Source of the DNA: Planctomycetota bacterium
GTDB lineage: Bacteria > Planctomycetota > UBA1135 > GCA-002686595
Reading direction: 5' to 3'
DNA length: 64,000 nucleotides
NCBI GenBank assembly: GCA_046349615.1
Contig: JAXMBZ010000005.1
Span: forward strand, 49,785-113,784
Shown here piece by piece: positions 47,058 through 56,629 of this stretch; position 1 is the first letter of the stretch; every line of letters starts with the position of its first letter. Made by a program: the position numbers and the translations under genes. Below the pieces are notes generated by a model, which made no database searches, was not told where the DNA came from, and saw only the letters and a list, made by a program, of their open reading frames with translations.

Positions 47058-47867
47058 GTGACGACCATGCTCACGAACGGACTGTTCCTCCTCGCCTCGT
47101 TCCTCCCCGCGGCGCCCGCGCCGACGATCGCCGCGTCCGCGCCTCTTGCGCAGGAGCCCGCGCCGAACACGAACCCCGACAAGCGGCCGGAGGTCGAGAA
47201 GCTCGTCGACGAGCTCGACGGCTTCATCAAGAAGGAAGGCAAGGCCGACCAGGACGCGGTCGGCACGATCGACAAGATGCTCCAGGAGTTCCCGAAGTCC
47301 GGGCCGAAGGACCGCCAGGCGATGGTGAAGGAGCTCTCGAAGTGCTTCGAGCAGCGGCGCATGGTCCCCGAGGGCCAGGCGCCGAACAACAAGCTCTACC
47401 TCGCCTCCGCCGTCGCGCTCGGCCAGATGGGGCCAGAGAGCGTCGAGGTCCTGATGACGTGGATCGACGCGAAGACCTTGAAGAAGGACCTCGCGGTCCA
47501 GCACCGACTGATCCTCTCGCTCGGCAAGACGAAGGACAAGAAGGGGCTGAAGGTCCTCAAGAACATGCTGAACAACAAGGAGAACTCGCTGATCAGCGCG
47601 TCGGCCGAAGCGCTCGGCGAGTTCGCCACGAGCGACCTCGAGACGCGCAAGGACGTCTTCGAGGCGCTCTTGAAGACCGTGATGGAAGCGAAGGGCTTCA
47701 AGGACACGAACCCGGACAACACGACCGCGCGCGACAAGTACGACGTGATCGCGGCGCCGATCATCACGAGCCTCGGCAAGCTCTCGAAGCACGAGGAGCG
47801 GGATCCCGAGAAGTGGCAAACGTGGTGGAACAAGAACAAGAAGGCCGACTGGGACAAGGACAGTTGA
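47058..47867 (+). CDS. Secreted Lys-rich alpha-helical (HEAT/ARM-like repeat) hypothetical protein.
   Basis: A GTG start is preceded by GGAGAG. A signal peptide (LFLLASFLPAAPAPTIAASAPLAQ) is present. Composition is unusual for this genome (many K, D, E) but uses GC-rich codons. Confidence 0.5.
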   Translation: MTTMLTNGLFLLASFLPAAPAPTIAASAPLAQEPAPNTNPDKRPEVEKLVDELDGFIKKEGKADQDAVGTIDKMLQEFPKSGPKDRQAMVKELSKCFEQRRMVPEGQAPNNKLYLASAVALGQMGPESVEVLMTWIDAKTLKKDLAVQHRLILSLGKTKDKKGLKVLKNMLNNKENSLISASAEALGEFATSDLETRKDVFEALLKTVMEAKGFKDTNPDNTTARDKYDVIAAPIITSLGKLSKHEERDPEKWQTWWNKNKKADWDKDS

Positions 47868-48496
47868 GCCGCGGCCGCGCCGCCGCCGCGTTCGTCTGGC
47901 CCTGCGCGCTGCTCGTCGGCGCCGCGGTGCTCGGCTTCGCCGCCCTGCGTCCGCGCGCCTCGCTCTCGGTCGCCGTGCCCGTGCTCGGCGCGAAGGAGCC
48001 CGTCGAGACGTCCGGCCTCGAGGCGCGGCTCGCGGAGCGCGGGCTCCGCGTGCGCGTCGCGCCGTTCCACGCCGATCCGCGGCGGCAGGTGTTCGAGACC
48101 CAAGCGCTCCGCGCGCGCTTCGGCCGCCGCGAAGGCGAGCCGTACCGCGTCGAACTGCTCCTCGACGAGGGCGCGGCGCCGATGCACGTCGACCTCGGCG
48201 CGCTCGCGATCGCCGATGCGCGGGGAGCGGCGCTCGAACCGCTCGTGCGCGTGGACGCGTCGAAGTCCATCGCGCCGGATCCGGTGCGGACGCTCCTCGA
48301 AGCGGGGCCGCTCGAACTCGCGCCGGGAGCGAGCACGACCTGCGTGTTCTGGGGCCGCGCGCCCTCCGACGGCGCGCGGATCACCGGCCTCGACGCCGCG
48401 CCGCTCGCGCTCACCGCGACGCGCTGGGCCACCGCGCCGCTCGACGACGTGCTCGCGCGCGTGCCCGCGCCGCCCGAAGACGAGGCCGGACGATGA
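47864..48496 (+). CDS. Hypothetical membrane/secreted protein (start uncertain).
   Basis: In-frame hydrophobic N-terminus (AAAFVWPCALLVGAAVLGFAAL). A putative TTG start overlaps the upstream stop. Its stop overlaps the next ATG (ATGA). Low confidence. Confidence 0.3.
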   Translation: MSRGRAAAAFVWPCALLVGAAVLGFAALRPRASLSVAVPVLGAKEPVETSGLEARLAERGLRVRVAPFHADPRRQVFETQALRARFGRREGEPYRVELLLDEGAAPMHVDLGALAIADARGAALEPLVRVDASKSIAPDPVRTLLEAGPLELAPGASTTCVFWGRAPSDGARITGLDAAPLALTATRWATAPLDDVLARVPAPPEDEAGR

Positions 48497-49911
48497 GGCG
48501 TTTCGCGCTCGGAATCGCGCTCGCCGCGCTCGCCGCCGCGTGCGAGCGGGTCGACGGCGGGAGCGCGCCGAGCGCGCTCTCCGTGTCCCCTTCGAAGGCG
48601 ACGAACGCCGAGCGCGCCGTCGAATCGACTCCGCGCGCCGAGTCGCGCGCTTCCGACGCGGGAGCATCGATCCCGAGCGCGAACGAGCCCGGTTCGGGCG
48701 CGGTGGACCCGTCGGGAATCGGCGGGAACGGCGCCGGGACGGACGAACTCGCGCGCGCCCGAGCGCGGGTACGCGAGCTCGAAGCCGAGGTCGCGCACCT
48801 GCGCGAGGAGCGCATCGCGCGCGAGCGCGAGTGGCTCGAGTACACGCAGTCGATCGCGCGGCTCCACACGATCGCGGAGCTCTCCACCGCGCGCTTCCAG
48901 CCCGCGCCGGACGTCGTCGGCGCCGAGCGCGCGCCCGCGACGGGCGAGATGCAGGCTCCGCCGCCGCTCGCGCCGCTCGACCCCGAGCACGCGCGCGCCG
49001 CGAAGGAGCGCGACGACGAGCTCCGCGCGAGCCTGCGCGCGCTGCTGATCGCCGAGCAGGTCTCGGGGCTCGAATTGCTCGAGAGCGGACACCTCGCCGA
49101 CGGCGCGATCGGGCCCGTCGTGCTGCGCATGCGCGACGACGCGGGGCGCACGGTCGGCACGCTGTGCGCGGAGCGGATGCACCTCGAGGCGTCGCTCTCC
49201 GCGCGCTCGGTGACGCTCGTCCTCGAGGACGGCTACGAGCGCATCGGCGGCGAGCGGATCCCGTTCCCCGCGGCGAACGACGCGCTCCCGAGCGAACCGA
49301 GCTCGGTCTCGAGTGCGGCGGGTTCGTCGCCGAGCGCAACTCCGAGTCCTGTCTCGTCGACCCCCGCGCCGACGTCCACCGCGTTCGGCGTCGCTCCGTC
49401 CGCGGACGTTCCCGCGCCGACCGCGCCGCTCCTGCGCAGCGGTCGTCGGCGCATCGAGCTCCCGCACGTGGATCCGCGGCCGTGGATCGAGGCCGTGCCC
49501 GAGCTCTTCCGGCCCGCGGACAAGGAGCCGCCGCCCGACGACGGACGCTGGGACCTGCTCTCCGTGCGCACGGGGTTGAACCTCTTGCTCCGCGCCGACG
49601 TCGAGCACGGCACGTGGCGGCTCGAAGGGCTCGCGGGCGTCCAGGAGGGCGTCCTGCGCGACGTGCAGCTCGACGAGCTCGACCGTGAAGGCCGGCTCGT
49701 GAAGAAGCTCTTCGCCGACCGCCTGCGCCTCGTCGCCGAGGAGCGCGGCCTCCGCCTCGAGCTCGAGAGCGGCGCGATCGTCCGCGGCGATGCGAAGACG
49801 CCGTTCCTCGACGGGCGTTACCGGATCTTCCTGCCCGCGGCGAACCTCGCCGATTGGCGCGCCGCCGGGCTCCCGGGCCTCTCCGAGCCGCCGCCGCGCA
49901 AGGCGCGTTGA
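48493..49911 (+). CDS. Hypothetical lipoprotein with coiled-coil and Ser/Pro-rich linker.
   Basis: A lipobox is present (MRRFALGIALAALAAAC). The region RVRELEAEVAHLREERIAREREWLEY is coiled-coil-like. A PSxS linker follows. Confidence 0.5.
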   Translation: MRRFALGIALAALAAACERVDGGSAPSALSVSPSKATNAERAVESTPRAESRASDAGASIPSANEPGSGAVDPSGIGGNGAGTDELARARARVRELEAEVAHLREERIAREREWLEYTQSIARLHTIAELSTARFQPAPDVVGAERAPATGEMQAPPPLAPLDPEHARAAKERDDELRASLRALLIAEQVSGLELLESGHLADGAIGPVVLRMRDDAGRTVGTLCAERMHLEASLSARSVTLVLEDGYERIGGERIPFPAANDALPSEPSSVSSAAGSSPSATPSPVSSTPAPTSTAFGVAPSADVPAPTAPLLRSGRRRIELPHVDPRPWIEAVPELFRPADKEPPPDDGRWDLLSVRTGLNLLLRADVEHGTWRLEGLAGVQEGVLRDVQLDELDREGRLVKKLFADRLRLVAEERGLRLELESGAIVRGDAKTPFLDGRYRIFLPAANLADWRAAGLPGLSEPPPRKAR

Positions 49912-50021
49912 GCCGCGGACGGTGGACTCGTCGCGCTCGGCGTTGACGCGGGCGCCGCCCGCGTGGATAACCGCGCGTTCCATGCCGAGCGCGCGCGACG
50001 TCCAGAGCCGACGAGGTCCCG

Positions 50022-51455
50022 ATGGGTTTGCGCGGCGCTGACGGCCTCTTCGGCGACGATCCGTTCGAGCGGCCGGGGGCCTCCCGTCCGAGCGAGCCCG
50101 CGGGGCCGCGCACGTACACGGTCGCCGAGCTCTCGCGGCAGATCCAAGGCGCGCTCGACCGCCTCGGCCGCGTCGCCGTCGAGGGCGAGATCTCGCGCAT
50201 CACGCGCGCGGCGTCGGGGCACGTCTACTTCGACCTGAAGGATCTCGACGCGAAGCTCTCGTGCACGATCTGGAAGAGCGCGCTCGCCGCCGCCGCGCGC
50301 TTCCCGCTCGAGGAGGGGATGCAGGTCGTCGCGCACGGCAAGCTCGACGTCTACGCGCCGCGCGGCACGTACGCGCTGATCGTGCAGCGGCTCGAGCAGA
50401 AGGGCCTCGGCGCGCTGCTCGCGGAGCTCGAGAAGCTCAAGGAGACGCTGCGCGCGAAGGGTTGGTTCGACCGCAAGCGCCCGCTGCCGTCGATGCCGAA
50501 GCTCGTGGGCGTCGTCACGAGCCGCGACGGGGCCGCGCTGCAGGATTTCCTGCGCACGCGCGCGCTCCGTTGGCCCGACTTCCCCTGCGTGCTCGCGCAC
50601 ACGAGCGTGCAGGGCAAGGCCGCGGCGAAGGAGATCGCGGAGGCGATCCGCCGCGTCGACGCGCTCGGCGTCGACGTGATCTGCGTCGTGCGCGGCGGCG
50701 GTTCGCTCGAGGACCTGTGGGCCTTCAACGAGCTCCCCGTCGCCGAGGCCGTCTGGAACGCGCGCGCGCCGGTCGTCTCCGGCGTCGGTCACCAGACGGA
50801 CGTCACGCTGATCGACTTCGTCGCCGATCACCGCGCGCACACGCCGACGGACGCGGCGCAGAGCGTGATCCCCGACAGGAAGGCGCTGCTCGAGGGCCTC
50901 GAGGCCTCCGCGGCGAACCTGGAGCAGGTCGTGGAGGCGGAGCTGGCGGAGCGCGAGGCTGCGCTGGAGCGCCTCGGCCGCTCGCGCGCGTTGCGCGAAC
51001 CCGGGCTCGCGCTCGAGCTGCGGCTCGTGCGGCTCGAACACCACGCGCGCACGCTCGGGCTCGCGGCGGGGAGCGCGCTCGATCGCGCGCGCACGCGCCT
51101 CGAGCGCGCGGCGGCCGTGCTCGGTCGCGCGAACCCGGCGGCCGAGCTCGAGCGACGCGCGGCGCGACTCGCGCTCGTGCGGCCGCGCCTCTCGAACGCC
51201 GTCGAGCGCGGCTTCGAGCGCCGCGAACGCGCACTCGCGCTCGCCGAGCGCGGGCTCGAGTCGACGTCGCCGTACCGCGTCCTCGCGCGCGGCTACTCGA
51301 TCACGCGCGTCGCGGGCTCGACCGCGCCGCTCTCCGACGCGTCCAGGCTGAAGGCGGGGGACGTGCTCGAGACGCTCTTCTCGCGCGGCGGAGCGCGCTC
51401 GCGCGTCGAGCAGGTCGATGCGAGGCCTGATCCCGCTCCGGCGGAGGACGCGTGA
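50022..51455 (+). CDS. xseA: Exodeoxyribonuclease VII large subunit.
   Basis: The N-terminal OB fold (TYTVAELSRQIQGALDR...VAVEGEISR) is followed by the catalytic core (VGVVTSRDGAALQDF, GGGSLEDLWAFN) and a helical C-terminus. Confidence 0.85.
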   Translation: MGLRGADGLFGDDPFERPGASRPSEPAGPRTYTVAELSRQIQGALDRLGRVAVEGEISRITRAASGHVYFDLKDLDAKLSCTIWKSALAAAARFPLEEGMQVVAHGKLDVYAPRGTYALIVQRLEQKGLGALLAELEKLKETLRAKGWFDRKRPLPSMPKLVGVVTSRDGAALQDFLRTRALRWPDFPCVLAHTSVQGKAAAKEIAEAIRRVDALGVDVICVVRGGGSLEDLWAFNELPVAEAVWNARAPVVSGVGHQTDVTLIDFVADHRAHTPTDAAQSVIPDRKALLEGLEASAANLEQVVEAELAEREAALERLGRSRALREPGLALELRLVRLEHHARTLGLAAGSALDRARTRLERAAAVLGRANPAAELERRAARLALVRPRLSNAVERGFERRERALALAERGLESTSPYRVLARGYSITRVAGSTAPLSDASRLKAGDVLETLFSRGGARSRVEQVDARPDPAPAEDA

Positions 51456-52396
51456 CGCGCGCGCTCCGCATCCACGCCGTCGTCGCGAACTGGAACGGCG
51501 GCGCGGAGAACCTCGAGTGCGTCGCCTCGCTGCTCGAGCAAGGGCTCCTCCCCGCGGAGATCGTCTTCGTCGACAACGGCTCGACGGACGGTTCGCTCGC
51601 GCTCGTCCGGGCGCGCTATCCGGGGCTCACGTTCGTCGAAAACCGGGCGAACCTCGGCTTCGGCGAGGCGTCGAACCAGGGCGCGCGCCTCGCGCTCGAA
51701 CGCGGCGCGGACGCCGTCTACTTCGCGAACAACGACACGACCCTGGAGCCGGGCGCGCTCGACCGCCTCGCGCTCGAGCTCGAGCGCGAGCCGCGCCTCG
51801 GCATCGTCGGCCCGCGCGTGCTCTACAAGACGCCGAACGGCGTCGTGTGGTGCGCGGGCGGGATGATGACGTGGCGGCAGAACCTCTCGACCTTGCTCGG
51901 GCATCGCGAGCCGGATGGTGCGGCGTGGCGCGAACGCCGAACGGTCGACTACGTCGTTGGATGCGCGCTGCTCGCGCGTCGCGCGGCGCTCGAGGAGATC
52001 GGCCTGTTCGACGCGCGCTACTTCGCGTACATGGAGGACGTCGACCTCGGGCTGCGCGCGAAACGCGCGGGCTGGGACGTCGTCGTGCTCGGCGAGGTCT
52101 GCGCGTGGCACACGTCGGCGGGCGCGACGGGCGGCGGCTACAACCCGCGGCGCAAGTACATGATGGGCGTGAACTCCGTCTGGTTCCTGCGCGAGCACGG
52201 GGGCCCGCTGCAGTGGTTCTCGTTCCTCGCGTTCGACGTCGCGAGCCTCCCGTTCGTGTGGCTCGTCGCCGTGCTTCGCGGCGAGGCGGGCGCCGTCCTC
52301 GCGAAGGGCAAGGGCATCCTCGACGGGTTCCGCGGACGGCGCGTGACCGCCGCGAGCATCGCGGACGGCGCGAGCTGGCTCTGGCGCAGGGCGTAG
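51452..52396 (+). CDS. Family 2 glycosyltransferase.
   Basis: VVANWNGGAENLECVASLL and IVFVDNGSTDGS carry the DxD-type GT2 signature. Its GTG start overlaps the xseA stop. Confidence 0.8.
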   Translation: MTRALRIHAVVANWNGGAENLECVASLLEQGLLPAEIVFVDNGSTDGSLALVRARYPGLTFVENRANLGFGEASNQGARLALERGADAVYFANNDTTLEPGALDRLALELEREPRLGIVGPRVLYKTPNGVVWCAGGMMTWRQNLSTLLGHREPDGAAWRERRTVDYVVGCALLARRAALEEIGLFDARYFAYMEDVDLGLRAKRAGWDVVVLGEVCAWHTSAGATGGGYNPRRKYMMGVNSVWFLREHGGPLQWFSFLAFDVASLPFVWLVAVLRGEAGAVLAKGKGILDGFRGRRVTAASIADGASWLWRRA

Positions 52397-52458
52397 CGCC
52401 TTCGCGCCCCGTGCGTGCGATGCTGGGGGCGGCCGTCGAGCACGGCCGGAGGCCCACC

Positions 52459-53217
52459 ATGTCGAGCCGTTCGCCGGATCCCGTCCCGCCCAAGCCCGCG
52501 CCGCCCTCGGCGCAGCGCCGATGCAGTCTCTGCGGTCGAGCCCAGCCTGCGGCGCGATTGGTCCACGCGCGCGGACTGCGGAGCGCGCTCGCGGAGGAGC
52601 TCGCGAAGCGCCATCCTGGCGCGTGGTCGGAGGACGCGCAGGTGTGCCTCGACTGCCGCAGCGCGGCGCGCGTCGATCACCTGCTCGCCGAGCTCGAGCG
52701 CGAGCGCGGCGAGCTCTCCGAGGTCGAGGCGGAGGTCGCGCGCCAGGCCGCGAGCCACCTCGCGATCGCGGAGCAGATCGACGAGCAGTTCGAGCGCGGG
52801 ATCACGCGCGGACAGCGGTTCGCCGATCACGTCGCGCGCGTCGGCGGCTCGTGGCCGTTCGTCATCGGGTTCGGCGTCGTGCTCCTCGTGTGGATCGCGC
52901 TCAACGTGCTCCTGCTCCGCGAGCGCGCGTTCGACCCGTACCCGTTCATCCTGCTGAACCTCGTGCTCTCGTGCGTCGCGGCGCTGCAGGCGCCGATCAT
53001 CATGATGTCGCAGGACCGGATGGCGGCGCGCGACCGGCTGCAGGCCGACCAGGACTTCCGCGTCAACCTGAAGGCCGAGATCGAGGTGCGCAGCCTGCAC
53101 GACAAGCTCGACCACGTGCTCCACGCGCAGTGGCAGCACATGGTCGAGATGCAGCAGCTCCAGATCGATCTCCTGAACGAGATCCTGGCGGCGCGCGGGA
53201 AGGCGGGGAAGGGGTGA
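52459..53217 (+). CDS. DUF1003 family membrane protein with N-terminal Cys4 zinc-ribbon-like motif.
   Basis: The pairs CSLCG...CLDCRS are followed by the DUF1003 core (PFILLNLVLSCVAALQAPIIMMSQDRMAARD). The start is an internal ATG of a longer junk-led ORF. Confidence 0.7.
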   Translation: MSSRSPDPVPPKPAPPSAQRRCSLCGRAQPAARLVHARGLRSALAEELAKRHPGAWSEDAQVCLDCRSAARVDHLLAELERERGELSEVEAEVARQAASHLAIAEQIDEQFERGITRGQRFADHVARVGGSWPFVIGFGVVLLVWIALNVLLLRERAFDPYPFILLNLVLSCVAALQAPIIMMSQDRMAARDRLQADQDFRVNLKAEIEVRSLHDKLDHVLHAQWQHMVEMQQLQIDLLNEILAARGKAGKG

Positions 53218-53232
53218 GCGCGCGCTCGCGCG

Positions 53233-53844
53233 TCACAGCACCCGATCGACGTGCGCCTTGAGCTCCCGCCGCACCGGCGCGCCGAGGTGGTCGAGGAACA
53301 CGCGCAGTCCTTCGCGGCGCGCGAACTTGAACGCCGGCACCATGTCGCTGTCGCCGGTGACGACGACGATCGTGTCGACGAGGCGGCGCAGCGAGAGGCG
53401 CGCGATGTCGAGTCCGATGCGCAGATCGACGCCCTTCTGCTCGATGTGGGGCACCAGGTCCTCGGCGACGAGCCCGCGGCGGGTCGCGGCGATCGCGCGG
53501 AGCGCGCCCGCTCGAATCCTCCACCCGCGGACGGCGATGTCTCCGCGCCGGAGCGAGGTGTCCCGCATCAGCTCCACTTCGTCGAGTAGCGCAGACTGCG
53601 AGGCGAAGACCGCGGTGGCCCCGAGGTTCGTGCGCTTGCCGTCCAGCGGATTGACGAGGCTGCCGCTCGCGGGCAGGGCATCGTAGAAGTAGCGGCGCAG
53701 GAGGACGTGATCCGCCAAGTCAGGACGCTGCTCGATGCGCTCGCAGAGCTGCAGAACGTCCGCGGACGTCACGGGGGAGGCTCCGCGAGGTGACAAGTGC
53801 TTCGTGACGAAGCCTCCGTCGAGGAGGAGGGCGAAGCGCTGCAT
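53233..53844 (-). CDS. NYN-domain (LabA-like, PIN-fold) putative ribonuclease.
   Basis: MQRFALLLDGGFV ... TIVVVTGDSDMVPA matches the NYN/DUF88 acidic-residue pattern. The start was set at the internal ATG. Confidence 0.65.
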   Translation of the reverse strand: MQRFALLLDGGFVTKHLSPRGASPVTSADVLQLCERIEQRPDLADHVLLRRYFYDALPASGSLVNPLDGKRTNLGATAVFASQSALLDEVELMRDTSLRRGDIAVRGWRIRAGALRAIAATRRGLVAEDLVPHIEQKGVDLRIGLDIARLSLRRLVDTIVVVTGDSDMVPAFKFARREGLRVFLDHLGAPVRRELKAHVDRVL

Positions 53845-54285
53845 CAGCCCCTCCCGAGAAGAAGGCGACCCCGCGCACTCGTGGCTCCCTCGCGGGAACG
53901 CTTGGATGTCGACGAACAGGCGGGGTCTGGTTGATGAACGCGCCTCGCGGCTCGTCCGCGTCGAGTATCGGGACCGAACGGGCGGGCCGCAAGTGCGGCC
54001 GAGACCCATCCCGGCTGTGTCGAGCGCGGAGACGGAGAGTCGGGTGCGAGGTGCATGGGCCCTTCACCCGCACGACGCCCGAGGCGCCGATCGGGCACCT
54101 CGTTTCCCGCCTAGATCCGCGACGACTCGTTGGAAACGTCGTCGCCGGCCGTGGTTGCGTTCGAGCGAGCCGGCGTCTCCTCGCGGTCGCGAGCGAGCCC
54201 TTTCCCCGGTCCGGGTTCCGGGGGTCCGGCTCGACGCGGCGCCTCCTCACGCACCGGGTGGGCTCGCGCCCGACCGGCGCGCGCC

Positions 54286-54894
54286 TCAACCCCGCTCGAC
54301 CCCCGTCTCCTTCAGCGCCGCCTCGACCTCGTCCTTCGCGATGCGCGAGTTCGCGCGCACGTCGTCGTGGAACGAGTCGATCTCCGTCGCGGCGTTCGCT
54401 TCGTTCAGCGCGTTCGCGACGCAGTCGGCGTGCACTTTGATCACGGCGTTGCGCACCTGCCCGTAGAACTCGACCGACTGGAGCAGGCCGAAGCGGAACG
54501 CGCCCTCCGCGATGGGCTCCTTGCACTGCGCGCACTTCGAACGACCCGTCGACGCGCGCTCGACGAACGGCGCCTCCTGCTTCTCGGCCTTCTTCTGCTG
54601 CGCCTTCGCGGCCTCGGCGCGCAGCTCCTCGATCGGCGGCTTCTCGACGCCCGGTTGCGTGTAGTCGCCGGCGTAGGCCTCCTCGACCTTCGCGAGGTCG
54701 CGCTTCGCGAGGCAGGGGATGTGGTACCAGAGGTAGCCGGTGCCGTACGGGCCCTCGAGCAACACGCCGATGCGCGGCAGGTCCTTCTCGATGGCGCGCT
54801 TGCAGACCTTGCACTTGCTGCGCGAGGAGCGCGCCTTCTCGATGTTGAAGGGCGCCAGTTGTTCCGGCGCGGGGACTTCTTCGTTTTCGCTCAT
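54286..54894 (-). CDS. Protein with two PARP-type zinc fingers (zf-PARP DNA nick/break-binding modules), 202 aa.
   Basis: Finger 1 reads EKARSSRSKCKVCKRAIEKDLPRIGV...WYHIPC. Compare PARP1 F1: [23 protein letters not shown]...WYHFSC. Finger 2 reads STGRSKCAQCKEPIAEGAFRFG...KVHADC. The start was set at MSENEE; the upstream part of the ORF is Arg/Pro junk. Confidence 0.7.
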   Translation of the reverse strand: MSENEEVPAPEQLAPFNIEKARSSRSKCKVCKRAIEKDLPRIGVLLEGPYGTGYLWYHIPCLAKRDLAKVEEAYAGDYTQPGVEKPPIEELRAEAAKAQQKKAEKQEAPFVERASTGRSKCAQCKEPIAEGAFRFGLLQSVEFYGQVRNAVIKVHADCVANALNEANAATEIDSFHDDVRANSRIAKDEVEAALKETGVERG

Positions 54895-54910
54895 GGTGGC
54901 GTGGGGGAGC

Positions 54911-56365
54911 TCACTTCTTCGCGCCGGACTTCGGCGCAGCGGACTTCGCGCGCGACTTCGGCGCGGTGGAGTGCGTGGGGGCGGGTGCGGCGCGCTTCGC
55001 GGAGTGCGTCGCGCGGGTCGCGGGCTTCGGCGCGTGCGCGGGCCTCGCCGGCGCGCTCGCGGATGCGGAGGCGTTCGACGAGGACTTCGCGAGCGCATAG
55101 CGCGTCTCCTTCACGAGCCGCGGCTTCTCGCGCGCGACCTCGGCGAGGAGCTTCTTCACGAGCTCGTCGCGCCGCGCGAAGAGGCGATAGCCCTCGCGCT
55201 CGCGCAGGTAGCCGCGTGCCTCGGGGTGCTTCGCGAACAGCGCGTCCTTCCCCATGCGCTCCGCCCAGCGTTCGAAGCGCGCGCGCTTCTCGAGCAGCGC
55301 CTTCACGAGGAACGGCATGACCATCGAGTAGTCCGCCTGCATGCTCTCGCACGTCGAGCGGTAGTGCTCCTCGTCGACCTTGCCCCACGTGACGGCCTCG
55401 GCGGGCGGGCACGAGCTGAGCGAGCCGTCCGTCACGGGCGCCGTCGTGATCTGCACGTCGTAGAGGTAGCCCGAGATCTCGGGCAGGCCGAAGATCTGCG
55501 AGAGCGCGGGCTCGGGCTGCAGGTTGTAGTTCTTCGGGACGCCGCCGCCGAGGATCAGCGTGCCGAGCGCCTTCGTCGGCGATTCGCGCAGGCCCCAGAG
55601 GTGGTAGGCGCAGCTCTCGAACACTTCCTCGTGCAGGTCGAGCTCGAAGCGGTGCTCGCCCGAGCCGAGCTTCGCGAGCGCCCACAGCTTCACGGAGTTC
55701 AAGAACACGGAGCCGTCGCCGGGCGCGCCGACGAAGATCGGGATCGCCTTGCGCGTGCAGAGCGCGAGCAGTCCTTCCGCGACGCCGTTCGCGCGCTCCT
55801 GCGCGGCGTAGCGCGCGCCGAGGAGATGCCGGAACTCGGTGCCGGTCATGCGGCGTTGGAACTCCGGCGCCTGGAGGCACGCGCTGACGAACTGGTCCTG
55901 CTCGAGGAGCACGTCCTCGGGGAAGCCGATGTCCGTGACGCGGATCGTCTTCTCGTCGCGCAGCGCGCCGTCGTCGCCGAAGATCGGGACCTCGGTGAAC
56001 GGGTTCTCCTTCGCGCGATTCAGCGCGCGGTGGCCGTCGTGGTAGCACACCGCGTCCGTCGTCGAGATGTACGCGAACCAACCGGTGTCGAGCAGAGGGT
56101 TGAGCCACGCGTAGTGCTGGCCCGACACGGTGACCGGCCCCGCGACGGACATCGTCATCGGGAGGCCTTTGCCGACCGCTTCGTCGAGCAACGTCCAGAT
56201 GCGCCGCAGGTACGCGCCGCCGAACGAGGGCAGGCTCTGCTCGAAGAGCTGGTCGAGCCCTTCGACCTCGGTCACGGGGCGGTTCTTGAGCTCGGCGCCG
56301 CCGTTCGCGGAGCTCGCTCCGGGCCCGAAACAGCGCGCGTTCTGATCCTTGCGGGTGGGGGACAT
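54911..56365 (-). CDS. Deoxyhypusine synthase-like (DHS family, NAD-dependent) protein with a C-terminal Lys/Ala-rich histone-H1-like tail (485 aa).
   Basis: TLILGGGVPKNYNLQ...VTDGSLSSCPPAEAVTWGKVDEE...MVMPFLVKALLE aligns with human DHS IILGGGVVKHH...[21 protein letters not shown]...LVFPLLVAE. The C-terminal ~70 aa is AKSSSNASASASAPARPAHAPKPATRATHSAKRAAPAPTHSTAPKSRAKSAAPKSGAKK. Confidence 0.75.
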   Translation of the reverse strand: MSPTRKDQNARCFGPGASSANGGAELKNRPVTEVEGLDQLFEQSLPSFGGAYLRRIWTLLDEAVGKGLPMTMSVAGPVTVSGQHYAWLNPLLDTGWFAYISTTDAVCYHDGHRALNRAKENPFTEVPIFGDDGALRDEKTIRVTDIGFPEDVLLEQDQFVSACLQAPEFQRRMTGTEFRHLLGARYAAQERANGVAEGLLALCTRKAIPIFVGAPGDGSVFLNSVKLWALAKLGSGEHRFELDLHEEVFESCAYHLWGLRESPTKALGTLILGGGVPKNYNLQPEPALSQIFGLPEISGYLYDVQITTAPVTDGSLSSCPPAEAVTWGKVDEEHYRSTCESMQADYSMVMPFLVKALLEKRARFERWAERMGKDALFAKHPEARGYLREREGYRLFARRDELVKKLLAEVAREKPRLVKETRYALAKSSSNASASASAPARPAHAPKPATRATHSAKRAAPAPTHSTAPKSRAKSAAPKSGAKK

Positions 56366-56629
56366 GGGCGGAGAGTGTACGCGCGCGGAGTGGCGGGGAC
56401 GAGGGGCTGAGCTCGAGGTCCGAGCGCGAGTGGAGCGCCGTCGTCGAGCGCGGATGTTGGGCAGCATCGACCGGCCGGGCGAGCGCGCCAGGACGCGCGG
56501 TTCGAGCGCGAGCGTGCCGGTGCCTTCGATGACCGCGGCGACGCGACGAGCGGCGCGCTCCGCGCCGTTGCGCTCCCCCGCGCGATCGAGGATGCTCTGC
56601 GCGCTCCACACACCAGGAACCCGCCGACC

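Noticed and set aside
47396-50203. 935-aa and 739-aa minus-strand ORFs
   Set aside because: Extreme Arg content. They are antisense to the secreted-protein genes and xseA.
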